This document shows positions 18,406 through 26,787 of a DNA stretch of 64,000 nucleotides, in pieces (the first letter of the stretch is position 1; each line of letters starts with the position of its first letter). The DNA lies in the IMG/VR virus record IMGVR_UViG_3300014208_000036, positions 1-64,000 of that record; one strand, written 5' to 3'. Made by a program: the position numbers and the translations under genes. This DNA comes from a virus (lineage: Duplodnaviria > Caudoviricetes). The notes below the pieces were generated by a model that did no database searches, was not told the DNA's origin, and was given only the letters and a program-made list of their open reading frames with translations.

Positions 18406-18747
18406 ATGAACGAATTAGTTGACGTATCGATCGATCAGGTGAATGTTCCTTGGTACTACATTGTTATTGCGATTGCTGTTTGTGCCGCGCTCATTGAACA
18501 CGGTCTCACGATGATGTTTTCAAAGTGGGAACGTGAATTGAAGGGACCACAATGGCTTGACGTCGTCGGTAGCGTCGGTGGACTTGTTTTAGCATCGATT
18601 GTCGGAGGGCTCGTGGGAATGGTGATTTGGAACGGTGTGCTCGGCGCTGTCGTCGGATTCTCAGGAGCCTGCGGTTCATCGCTTATCATGACGATGGTCC
18701 GTGCTAGGTTGGGTCTAGGAAAGAAATCATTGAAGGAAGATGAATGA
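18406..18747 (+). CDS. Multi-pass membrane protein, holin-like
   Basis: About 3 hydrophobic segments, basic C-terminal tail; CTACTTA-N5-ATG upstream. Confidence 0.55.
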   Translation: MNELVDVSIDQVNVPWYYIVIAIAVCAALIEHGLTMMFSKWERELKGPQWLDVVGSVGGLVLASIVGGLVGMVIWNGVLGAVVGFSGACGSSLIMTMVRARLGLGKKSLKEDE

Positions 18748-18750
18748 TTC

Positions 18751-19059
18751 ATGGCAGGGAACTTCTACCGTGAAGAAATTCTCTGTTGCCTTGAAGAAGC
18801 TCCCGACGGTTGGGGTTGGATAGGTTACCTCGCCGTTGATAAAAAGCACCCACTCTATCGAAATTTGTTCGTTGAATTGACGTCCGCAACGTTGCATCAC
18901 GTCAAAAGATCAACGGGAAGTTTGACATGGGATGCACTTTGGTGGTTCAAATTTGACGATGATCGTTGCTCGAATGAATGGAAAACATTCAATCGCTTGA
19001 AGGATGTCGCAGATGAACTCAACGTGATATTGAACACAAATACTCCACCGAAGATGTAA
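18751..19059 (+). CDS. Hypothetical protein
   Basis: Contiguous ORF. Confidence 0.6.
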   Translation: MAGNFYREEILCCLEEAPDGWGWIGYLAVDKKHPLYRNLFVELTSATLHHVKRSTGSLTWDALWWFKFDDDRCSNEWKTFNRLKDVADELNVILNTNTPPKM

Positions 19060-19061
19060 AC

Positions 19062-19343
19062 ATGATGAAGTGCAGCGTGGGGGATGTGAAAAGAATTATC
19101 AGGGAATCATTTGTTCCTTGGATCGTTCGAGGTGGCTCGAGCCTTCTCGTGAAGGACGTTAACGATACCGAAGGTTGGAGAATCGAAATCACGCCCAAGG
19201 TTTTATATTTCAACGAAGAAGAGATCGTTGAGCGCCCGAAAAAGTCAAGGAAAGGTGCGAAGAAAAAATCATGGGTCTTCAGGAAGGATGATAAGTTGTA
19301 CCTTGTCGATGATTTTCAGTTCTTTTCTCGAGGTGATGCGTGA
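19062..19343 (+). CDS. Hypothetical protein with MxxxxxxKRIIRE N-terminus
   Basis: MMKCSVGDVKRIIRES. Confidence 0.65.
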   Translation: MMKCSVGDVKRIIRESFVPWIVRGGSSLLVKDVNDTEGWRIEITPKVLYFNEEEIVERPKKSRKGAKKKSWVFRKDDKLYLVDDFQFFSRGDA

Positions 19344-19753
19344 TGCCGACGAGCGAGGCAAAAAATGCAAGAACGATTCAGTACGTTAAACAACAGATTC
19401 GAAAAATGGTTGGGACGATTCCAGTCGATGATCGAACCAGTGGAACGATATCGACAAATTTAAGATCTTTGTTTGAAGATCTTGCTGATAGGGGAATAAT
19501 AAACGACGGTGTTCTCGCCGAGATACGTACCTCAAATGACGAGTTAATCTCCATCGAACAGATTCTGTTCGATGGGAACGAAAAAATCGTTCCAGGATCA
19601 ATATTTGAGGATGGATTTGTAATTTCTGTCGTCGGAAATGAATGCGTCATCGTTAAACCTCCCGCAAAAAGGTTGATGATCAAGGCATGCGTAAAACCTT
19701 TGTTTCCAATAGATCGGCTAGTCTTTCAAGTTAAGGTCGACGGTCGTCTATAA
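19340..19753 (+). CDS. Hypothetical protein
   Basis: Contiguous ORF. Confidence 0.6.
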   Translation: MMPTSEAKNARTIQYVKQQIRKMVGTIPVDDRTSGTISTNLRSLFEDLADRGIINDGVLAEIRTSNDELISIEQILFDGNEKIVPGSIFEDGFVISVVGNECVIVKPPAKRLMIKACVKPLFPIDRLVFQVKVDGRL

Positions 19754-19791
19754 CGGTGTAATGCGCAGCCTGTATGTGGTACTGTTGAGCA

Positions 19792-20694
19792 ATGGACGCA
19801 ATCGAGGTGATCGAACTGTGCTTGATGATCGCTAACAAAGGGTTGCCCAAATCAATCCCGATCGAACGATCATTTAGCGTGGGTGAGTTTCAACAACTTT
19901 GGAGGGGTGAGAAAACGCTCGTTCGTCCGTTGCTTGATGGAATTCTATGCGCGGAGTTCGTTGGCGATGGCCTCGAAGCGCTTCTGAGAACCGGTGCCAT
20001 GGAATCTCTGTTTCCGGAGATCAGCGCATTGAAATCAATGGGTGATTTCGGTGGAATTCATAAGGATGTTTGGGAACACACGAAAGGTGTTGTGTCAAAC
20101 ATTGAGCCCGATATCGAACTTCGATGGGCTGCATTGCTGCACGATCTCGGAAAGGTAAAGACGAGAAGGATCATCAACAAGAAGGTTACATTTCACAACC
20201 ACGATATCGTCGGGGAGAGGATCGTTAATTCGATGGACGCTCGTACGAAATTGTTCGATGGCGATCGTGCATTAAAATCGACGGTTACTAACCTCGTAAG
20301 ATTTCATCTTCGACCTGCAGCGTACAAGCCGTCATGGACCGATTCCGGTGTCCGTCGGCTCGTCGCGGACGTTGGTGGTATCGAGGGAATGGATAAACTT
20401 CTTAAACTTGCTACGTCCGATATGACGACCAAGGATTTGAACAAGCGCGATAAAATGAGGAAGCGCATCAATGAACTTGGTGATCGTGTTCTACATGTTG
20501 TTGGGAAGGATAATGCACCAAAACTTCCAAAAGGAACGATGGGCGCAATTATTGTTGCATCTTCGCAGGCACCCGGAGCTTGGGTCAATCAACTCAGGGG
20601 TCATCTGGAAGAAATGCTCAAGGATGGAAAGATCCCTGTTGGACTTTCGTGTGATGAATACGTTCTCCTTGCGAAGGAATTGAAACTTTACTGA
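19792..20694 (+). CDS. HD-domain protein resembling the C-terminal part of CCA-adding enzyme/poly(A) polymerase, without the nucleotidyltransferase head
   Basis: DVWEHT...WAALLHDLGK...FHNHD.VG...LVRFHLRP...DLATSD; promoter GTGTAA-N18-TACTGT at 19756. Confidence 0.8.
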   Translation: MDAIEVIELCLMIANKGLPKSIPIERSFSVGEFQQLWRGEKTLVRPLLDGILCAEFVGDGLEALLRTGAMESLFPEISALKSMGDFGGIHKDVWEHTKGVVSNIEPDIELRWAALLHDLGKVKTRRIINKKVTFHNHDIVGERIVNSMDARTKLFDGDRALKSTVTNLVRFHLRPAAYKPSWTDSGVRRLVADVGGIEGMDKLLKLATSDMTTKDLNKRDKMRKRINELGDRVLHVVGKDNAPKLPKGTMGAIIVASSQAPGAWVNQLRGHLEEMLKDGKIPVGLSCDEYVLLAKELKLY

Positions 20695-20721
20695 GCAACA
20701 TAAACATAGTACGATCGTGCA

Positions 20722-20919
20722 ATGAGAAAATTCATTGCGTCCATTCTAGTACTTCTATCGCTTTCATCTTGCCTGCACGATCCGTACTCACCCCCAACGG
20801 GATACGTTCGTGATGATTTGTTTTGCTGGCATAAGGACGATGGTCCCAATTCCAATTGGAAGGCCATCGGTCCGTCCCGATCATGCCCCAGAAACACCCC
20901 ACTGGGAACGGTTGAATGA
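20722..20919 (+). CDS. Small lipoprotein
   Basis: Lipobox LSSC. Confidence 0.65.
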   Translation: MRKFIASILVLLSLSSCLHDPYSPPTGYVRDDLFCWHKDDGPNSNWKAIGPSRSCPRNTPLGTVE

Positions 20920-21437
20920 GACGGCTGATCTCCATTCTTCTGTTGATGATCATCGCCGGTTGTTCTCCCACGTGGAAAATTCCAGCAACGAGCTTTAGTC
21001 AACCGAGCACGATGATTGTTTGCGTTGATGTTCAACAGGATTCATTACAATCAATATCAGATGCCATTGACGATTGGAACACAGCGTTGACATCGTGGAA
21101 AAAACTTGAATTGCAGGTCGGATCTGTAGGCGATCCAAGCTGTTCAATTTCAATTGAGGATGTTGATCGCCTACCTGTTGATGATCCCGATGCGATCGCA
21201 TTAACAAATGGTCTCGGCGGAAATAGAATCTACCTCCTTAAAGGCTCGTATGAGATGAACGCTCGTACGGTTGTTTCACATGAACTTGGTCATGTTTTTG
21301 GAGCGCAGCACGTGAATGGAACGCTCATGTCGTCACGATCAGGAGGTGCTAGAAAAAGTTGCCCAGATGTTACAACGATGGCTCAGGTTGCAGCGTACAA
21401 CGATCTAAATCTTGAAACACTTTCGTGGTGCTATTAA
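20916..21437 (+). CDS. Matrixin-like zinc metallopeptidase lipoprotein
   Basis: Lipobox IAGC; HELGHVFGAQH + TLM Met-turn. Confidence 0.85.
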   Translation: MRRLISILLLMIIAGCSPTWKIPATSFSQPSTMIVCVDVQQDSLQSISDAIDDWNTALTSWKKLELQVGSVGDPSCSISIEDVDRLPVDDPDAIALTNGLGGNRIYLLKGSYEMNARTVVSHELGHVFGAQHVNGTLMSSRSGGARKSCPDVTTMAQVAAYNDLNLETLSWCY

Positions 21438-21441
21438 CGGT

Positions 21442-21678
21442 ATGAAAAGGATACGATTAAATCGTTTATCATCAATCTTGAACGTGAGGGAATTTCACCC
21501 TGGAATGATGTTGTTGTTCAATAACAATCATTTCAGCACTGTTGGTACGGTGCTTTCATACATCGGTGAAGATATCACGGTAGTTTGGGGAGAAAATGCC
21601 GTCAAACAATTGACAACCTATCATGCGCCACACCTAAATCCTGAAACGATTTTCATCGTTCAATTCACTGATACTTAA
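21442..21678 (+). CDS. Dispersed SH3/KOW-like family member
   Basis: HPGMMLL...VGTVLS...TVVWG. Confidence 0.65.
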   Translation: MKRIRLNRLSSILNVREFHPGMMLLFNNNHFSTVGTVLSYIGEDITVVWGENAVKQLTTYHAPHLNPETIFIVQFTDT

Positions 21679-21685
21679 TGTCATG
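21671..21685 (+). promoter_or_regulatory. Candidate late promoter ATACTTA-N5-ATG
   Basis: ATACTTAATGTCATG is identical at 24719; the same spacing occurs at 18394 and 38566. Confidence 0.55.
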
Positions 21686-22063
21686 AAAATGACGTTATTT
21701 GAACTTAGATCGATCGTTAGGAATGCAATTCACGAAGAGTCTTGGGTGCCATCACGATGGATGCCGGACGATGGTGGACCGGCTGATGATGAAGATTTAA
21801 TGAGGATGGACGATGATTTTGGATCGATCGACGAGGTTGATTTGGATCCATCAAACAACCCTGGCAGACCAGCAGATCCGTACGAATATCTTGGGATGCA
21901 TCCTGCTCCAACTGCCGCAATGTCGCATCCTTATGCCACAGGTGGTGGAAGCGCCGCGCCAGGATCATACCCGGCATCGGGTGGAGATTCAGGAGGTGAC
22001 GGATCATTCACGAGCACGGATTCTGGTGATTCCGTCGAAGATGAACAAGAGCCACTCGAGTGA
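21683..22063 (+). CDS. Acidic low-complexity protein with MKxTLxxLRxIxxxxIxE N-terminus
   Basis: MKMTLFELRSIVRNAIHEE. Confidence 0.7.
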   Translation: MKMTLFELRSIVRNAIHEESWVPSRWMPDDGGPADDEDLMRMDDDFGSIDEVDLDPSNNPGRPADPYEYLGMHPAPTAAMSHPYATGGGSAAPGSYPASGGDSGGDGSFTSTDSGDSVEDEQEPLE

Positions 22064-22143
22064 TCATTGGGTGACCCTTGAATATTTGGTGAACCATGTA
22101 ATAGAATCCTTGGTACGCGATTTTCGATTAAATCAAGGAACAG

Positions 22144-22539
22144 ATGGGAAAGAAAAAGAAAAAATCCGGCAAGGATCGAACTCGATTCAAATTGAAACGC
22201 ACCGATGCGATTCGATCGATCGTTGAAACTGACAATACATTCAAATTGATCGATGATTTGTGGGTTGGGAAGTGCATACATTGCGGCACAAAACTCGTCG
22301 TTGTTGATGGAACCTGGTGCACGAGCGCCACGATCGAGCACATCATGCCGATCTGCGCCGGAGGGGATGACGATGTTAGAAACATTGCCTTAGCATGCTC
22401 AAATTGCAACTCTGAAAAGGGCATTCGCCATGATCAAAAAAATCTCGACGCGAGAGCAAAAACGATCATCGCAAAATTAAAGGCGATCAGGCTCATCGAC
22501 AGATGGCGTGACGGACCCGATGGAAATATTGTCACATGA
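22144..22539 (+). CDS. HNH endonuclease
   Basis: CIHCG...TIEHIMP...GG...NIALACSNCNSEKG. Confidence 0.85.
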   Translation: MGKKKKKSGKDRTRFKLKRTDAIRSIVETDNTFKLIDDLWVGKCIHCGTKLVVVDGTWCTSATIEHIMPICAGGDDDVRNIALACSNCNSEKGIRHDQKNLDARAKTIIAKLKAIRLIDRWRDGPDGNIVT

Positions 22540-22853
22540 ACAATTGTTCGATCGATGAATTAACGTCATATTTTGATGACGTCCGGGATTTTACTAATTT
22601 GGTCGCAATCGATGATTCCATCACCATTGGTTCACTTATCGTGCTAAAACCTACGTATTGGTGGTTTCTATTGGATCCGATTGATTTGAAACCACTACAC
22701 GCTCCGGAGCGACGCTCCGGGGCTTGCACAAAAATACTTCTTGTGCTCGCCGAGCAAGTCGAAAACATGCTCGACGTTGCGTACGTAGGTGATGAAGGTA
22801 CGGTTAAATTTAAGACGAATGTTGGAAAGAGTGCTTTCATGCATGTGAAATAA
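22536..22853 (+). CDS. Hypothetical protein (SH3-like IGSLIV motif)
   Basis: ATGA-coupled. Confidence 0.6.
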   Translation: MNNCSIDELTSYFDDVRDFTNLVAIDDSITIGSLIVLKPTYWWFLLDPIDLKPLHAPERRSGACTKILLVLAEQVENMLDVAYVGDEGTVKFKTNVGKSAFMHVK

Positions 22854-22876
22854 GTTGTGAGTTCCTACGTATAGAC

Positions 22877-23134
22877 GTGGAACAATCACGGCATCTTTCG
22901 ATAGGTGATTTAGTCTTTGGATTGGAGGAGGATGTTGTATTAAAAATTGGTGCGATAGTGCATGTTTTTGAGCATAGCGTTCAATGCAGTTCGAATGGTT
23001 GCAACGATAAGGCGATCATCATTTGGGCATCACCAACAATAATTTCTGTGTGTTGTCATTGTGAATTCATCGCTCCGATCAGCAAACTTGACAAAATAAA
23101 TCGCATACCGCAAAAAAAGTGTGTACAATACTAA
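22877..23134 (+). CDS. Hypothetical protein (SH3-like IGDLVF...IGAIVHV...IIWA)
   Basis: Motif in translation. Confidence 0.55.
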   Translation: MEQSRHLSIGDLVFGLEEDVVLKIGAIVHVFEHSVQCSSNGCNDKAIIIWASPTIISVCCHCEFIAPISKLDKINRIPQKKCVQY

Positions 23135-23150
23135 CGTAGTAGGATACTGT
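23121..23150 (+). promoter_or_regulatory. Promoter for tRNA cluster 1
   Basis: GTGTAC-N18-TACTGT. Confidence 0.6.
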
Positions 23151-23164
23151 ATCCTTACCATCGA

Positions 23165-23238
23165 GGAACAGTGGCTCAGTTGGTTAGGGCGTCACCCTGA
23201 TAAGGTGAAGGTCACTGGTTCAAATCCAGTCTGTTCCA
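23165..23238 (+). tRNA. tRNA-Ile(GAT)
   Basis: GGAACAG/CTGTTCC; loop CTGATAA; TTCAAAT. Confidence 0.95.
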
Positions 23239-23407
23239 CCTCGAAAATCGAGAACGAAAATGTACCGTAATAAAACGCAGATCAAACAAGATAATTGGCA
23301 ACCTGCCAAGGCGTATAATAACGCCTGATGCGTGAGAGAAATCATCTCGCGCATGGTCCGAGATGATTGAACGGTGAAGAAGAAAACCTACCAATCCTCG
23401 GATGAAC

Positions 23408-23488
23408 GTAGTGGTAGTCCCGTAGGGTGCGGGGGCTCGCTGTAAACGAGTTATTCAATTCCAGTAAGTTCGACTCTTACCCACTACA
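23408..23488 (+). tRNA. tRNA-Tyr(GTA)
   Basis: GTAGTGG/CCACTAC; loop CTGTAAA; long variable region. Confidence 0.8.
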
Positions 23489-23537
23489 CCGAACAATTAA
23501 AATTGTTCATGTTCATTGAAATTTCTACGTTCTTTTT

Positions 23538-23607
23538 GTTCCTCTAATTTAAGGGAGAATTGTCATCGTAATGATGATGGGCGCTGGTTAGAACCCGGCG
23601 GGGAACA
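23538..23607 (+). tRNA. Degenerate tRNA-like gene (Thr CGT-like, 6-nt loop)
   Basis: GTTCCTC/GGGGAAC; T-loop TTAGAAC; loop TCGTAA. Confidence 0.45.
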
Positions 23608-23616
23608 CGAACGCAT

Positions 23617-23688
23617 TCCGGTTTCGTTCAATTGGTAGGACGTCGTGCTGTTTACACGATCATCTGGGTTCGAATCCTGGCACCGGAG
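23617..23688 (+). tRNA. tRNA-Asn(GTT)
   Basis: Loop CTGTTTA; full cloverleaf. Confidence 0.85.
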
Positions 23689-23708
23689 CTGTCACAAGGA
23701 AGGCATTT

Positions 23709-24057
23709 ATGTTGAAGGAGAGATCCTGATTTTCTTTGTTTTCGAATCTTTGTTGAGGATCAATTCACGGATTCGGAGCATTTCATACACTACAAGAGAC
23801 TCACATCGAAGGGAAAACCAACGATTGAAATTCTTGATGTTAGTTCCGCGATACCACGAAGTTTTAAACTGAAGCAAACTGCCTCGACGGTAGTTCATGT
23901 TCGATTCAACTTTGAACATGTTGCTGATTTCACGAGCAAAAAACTCGCAAAAGAATTTTTGAATGAACTCTTTACTGAAAAACTTCCATTTGAAGCATCT
24001 TCATCCTTCAGAAAGGAAATGATCGTTGCCTTTGAAGGCATCATCAAACTTCTTTGA
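23709..24057 (+). pseudogene. Frameshifted ORF (SD+ATG, then 113 open codons in the +1 frame)
   Basis: AAGGAAGG...ATG TTG; the long frame 23716-24057 has no early start codon. Confidence 0.4.
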
Positions 24058-24125
24058 AGAACACGTTTTATCGTTTGACGTGTTGATACGAAACGATCGG
24101 TTTCCGACACCGGAGAGTCGGACAT

Positions 24126-24200
24126 TCGCGCATAGCTTAGTGGTAGAGCAGCCCGCTGTTAACGGGCCGGTCCTAGGTTCGAATCCTAGTGTGCGAGCCA
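24126..24200 (+). tRNA. tRNA-Asn(GTT)
   Basis: Canonical, CCA encoded. Confidence 0.95.
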
Positions 24201-24257
24201 TCGTAGTAACAATGGGATATTGATTTTGAACCAATATTTACGTGAACCGATGATTTC

Positions 24258-24331
24258 GATCCATGGTGTTAACGGTACAAACATACTCGGTTCTTACCCG
24301 ATGAGATTTGGGTTCAAATCCCAATGGATCG
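24258..24331 (+). tRNA. tRNA-Lys(CTT)
   Basis: GATCCAT/ATGGATC; loop TTCTTAC. Confidence 0.85.
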
Positions 24332-24334
24332 ACT

Positions 24335-24491
24335 GCTCACGTAGTTTAATGGAAAAGCACAGTGCATTGATGATCTCGAGTAAACATCGATGACGTTCAA
24401 CGAATGTTATTCTAGACGATAGTCGTTGGATGTAGTGCGAAGAACGTCTCCCAGTGGGGAGATGGAGCAGGTTCGATTCCTGCCGAGAGCG
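24335..24491 (+). ncRNA. tRNA-like RNA with an ~85-nt hairpin inserted in the D-loop and a non-canonical anticodon loop
   Basis: GCTCACG/CGAGAGC acceptor, GTTT/GAAC D-stem, TCTCC/GGAGA stem, GCAGG-TTCGATT-CCTGC. Confidence 0.6.
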
Positions 24492-24569
24492 CTTCATCGA
24501 TCTCACTGATTCGGATTGTTCCAAGGCCGATCAGGATGCGACTTGGGCCGTTTGAGATCGATGATTTTT

Positions 24570-24641
24570 GGGTCCGTAATTCAAGCGGAAGAAACCTGCC
24601 TTTTAAGCAGGCACGTGGGGTTTCGATTACCTCCGGACCCA
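24570..24641 (+). tRNA. tRNA-Lys(TTT)
   Basis: GGGTCCG/CGGACCC; loop CTTTTAA. Confidence 0.85.
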
Positions 24642-24642
24642 C

Positions 24643-24719
24643 TGCGGACGAGTGACGTGGCTTCACACAAGGCTCATAATCTTGTAACGACAGGGTTCGA
24701 TTCCCCGTGTCCGCTACCA
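24643..24719 (+). tRNA. tRNA-Met(CAT), initiator-like 1:72 mismatch
   Basis: Loop CTCATAA; T1:T72, A73, CCA. Confidence 0.8.
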
Positions 24720-24730
24720 TACTTAATGTC

Positions 24731-25492
24731 ATGCATCGCATCACGTTAGGCAAACTACGATCGCTCATCGCTGAATCACTCTTTTTAACGGAAGGGCCTG
24801 TAGGCGTTGATGGTGCAAAGCAGGTCATGGCGAAGTTTCCAAAAGGAATGGCGAAACTTGGTATTAAACCTGAAATGATCAAGGGTTTGAAACCGCTTGG
24901 TACGGGTACACGTGGAACAGCCTTTCAACTTCCGGACGGAAATGTCCTGAAGATCACGAATGATCAAAGTGAAGCTGAAGCTGCTTCAATGATCGTTGGA
25001 ACTGAGGCAAAGAATCTCGTGAAGATCCACAACGTTTGGCAGTTTGGTGATACGGGTTTCTTCGGCGTCCTGCAGGAAAAACTTGAATCATTGCCTGACG
25101 ATGAAGCCAAAAAATTCAATAATGCATTGATCGCAACTGGTCTTCCAATCTGGATTGCAAAATCAGGCGGTGAATGGTCGAATGCGAAGGAACTCACGAA
25201 GGAACACGTCAAAGGACAAATCAAGAAGAAATTTGGTGGAAACTTCACATCGGACGAAGCGAAAGCATACGTTCAAGACGTCAACCAAAAATGGAACATG
25301 CTCGTTTCAGAGTATGGTTTGCGTGATCTCTTCAATACCCTCACAAAATTGGGGATCAATTTCCATGATTACCATGCAGGAAATATCATGCGTAGATCGG
25401 ATGGAACGCTCGTGTTAATCGATCTCGGCATGTCAAAAATCAAAGGCTCACCAAAGGTTGGAATGATGAATCAAGCGGTGAACAATGCTTGA
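24731..25492 (+). CDS. Protein kinase-like fold enzyme (Ser/Thr or RIO/APH-like)
   Basis: LGTGTRGTAF Gly loop, VLKIT, HDYHAGNIM, VLIDLG; N-terminus MHRITLGKLRSLIAES. Confidence 0.85.
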   Translation: MHRITLGKLRSLIAESLFLTEGPVGVDGAKQVMAKFPKGMAKLGIKPEMIKGLKPLGTGTRGTAFQLPDGNVLKITNDQSEAEAASMIVGTEAKNLVKIHNVWQFGDTGFFGVLQEKLESLPDDEAKKFNNALIATGLPIWIAKSGGEWSNAKELTKEHVKGQIKKKFGGNFTSDEAKAYVQDVNQKWNMLVSEYGLRDLFNTLTKLGINFHDYHAGNIMRRSDGTLVLIDLGMSKIKGSPKVGMMNQAVNNA

Positions 25493-25526
25493 TGGGTAGG
25501 GTATAGTGTAGATTGAAACGTTAATT

Positions 25527-25599
25527 GGGGCTGTAACTCAATTGGAAGAGTGCTAGCTTTGCAAGCTGGAAGTTAAGGGTTCGAGTCCCTTCAGCTCCA
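25527..25599 (+). tRNA. tRNA-Ala(TGC)
   Basis: Canonical; loop TTTGCAA. Confidence 0.95.
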
Positions 25600-25668
25600 C
25601 TGGATTTCCACCATTATGTAAGGCGCCGACGTCACAGTGACGTGACAGCAGGAGAGACTGCGACAATT

Positions 25669-25741
25669 GCTTCCATGTGCATCTGGGTATGCAGCGCCGC
25701 TGTCTACGGCGTGAGGCTCGGTTCGATTCCGGCTGGGAGCG
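25669..25741 (+). tRNA. tRNA-Asp(GTC)
   Basis: GCTTCCA/TGGGAGC; loop CTGTCTA. Confidence 0.85.
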
Positions 25742-25930
25742 CAAGGAGAAAGCCCTGGGTTCAATCCCCAGTAGACAAAAAATCCTCAGGAGACTGAAAT
25801 AGCAGTGATACTACTGACCTTCTACGAACACATGCGATGGCCAAAGCAGATGTTCATTAGAAGAACGAGAGCGCTCTCGTAGGTAAGTCACCCGGGTGTT
25901 TATGGTGTAATGGAAGCACATCTCCCCATT

Positions 25931-26002
25931 GGATGCGTGGACCACAGGAGGTCACCTGATTGTCTATCAGGCTTTACGCGGGTTCGAATCCCGTCGCGTC
26001 CG
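25931..26002 (+). tRNA. tRNA-Asp(GTC)
   Basis: GGATGCG/CGCGTCC; loop TTGTCTA. Confidence 0.85.
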
Positions 26003-26101
26003 CGTCGACCAAGTACACGGTCCCCTACCGCTTAGCGGCGGTCCGTGCGCCTGCCAAGAATCGCCTGAGAAACGATTATTGGGGGCAAATGAGGGGCCAA
26101 T

Positions 26102-26173
26102 AGAAGCGTCATTCAGCGGCTAGGATGCGGGTTTCCAACTCCCGTCACGTCGGTTCGAGTCCGACCGCTTCTG
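26102..26173 (+). tRNA. tRNA-Trp(CCA)
   Basis: AGAAGCG/CGCTTCT; loop TTCCAAC. Confidence 0.8.
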
Positions 26174-26176
26174 CGA

Positions 26177-26380
26177 ATGTTTAAGATAAAATTCCACGAT
26201 TTCCCAGGTGATATTCCAATTGATACGAAGATAGCTTTACTCGAAAAAAAGCAGACGCTGTCAACGAAAAAACAAGCGAAGACTTTCAGAAAAATCGTCT
26301 TTTCAAGGACGAAGGCTGTCCTGAAGGAACGAGCTCGTAAGGAGATTTTGATCGAAATGCTTGATTTGGATCGAATCTAG
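26177..26380 (+). CDS. Hypothetical basic protein
   Basis: ORF between tRNAs. Confidence 0.55.
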   Translation: MFKIKFHDFPGDIPIDTKIALLEKKQTLSTKKQAKTFRKIVFSRTKAVLKERARKEILIEMLDLDRI

Positions 26381-26388
26381 TTGATAAC

Positions 26389-26459
26389 CGCGAGTCGGCG
26401 CGTCGACGCAATGTGTTCATGAACGTTGTGTGTAGGTTCAAATCCTACGCTCGCGACCA
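26389..26459 (+). tRNA. Atypical tRNA(CAT) with reduced D-arm
   Basis: CGCGAGT/GCTCGCG-A-CCA; T-arm GTAGG/CCTAC; loop TTCATGA. Confidence 0.6.
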
Positions 26460-26461
26460 AC

Positions 26462-26534
26462 GGGGATGTAGTACAGAGGATTAGTGCGCCAGGTTCTGAC
26501 CCTGGAAACGTGTGTTCGATTCCCACCATCCCTA
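26462..26534 (+). tRNA. tRNA-Gln(CTG)
   Basis: Loop TTCTGAC. Confidence 0.9.
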
Positions 26535-26554
26535 CAAAGAACGTAGAATATCAT

Positions 26555-26629
26555 GCGCTGTTAGCACAGAGGTTGGTGCATTGGGCTTTGAACCCGAGGA
26601 CCTTCGTTCGAATCGAAGACGGCGTACCA
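26555..26629 (+). tRNA. tRNA-Gln(TTG)
   Basis: Loop CTTTGAA; CCA encoded. Confidence 0.9.
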
Positions 26630-26787
26630 CAGCGAATTTAGCTGTGTATAGATGCTACACAGGTAGTATCATAAAATTGATGGAACAATTACTTCAAACT
26701 TCATTGAAGTGGTGATTTGTTGCATACGAACAGGTACGATCGACTGTTCGTTCAATGTTCCGATGCTCGATCGATAAAAAAGTGAAA

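Noticed and set aside
24335-26100. tmRNA or RNase P RNA
   Set aside because: No tag ORF or pseudoknot series, no P4 consensus, and segments are too short.
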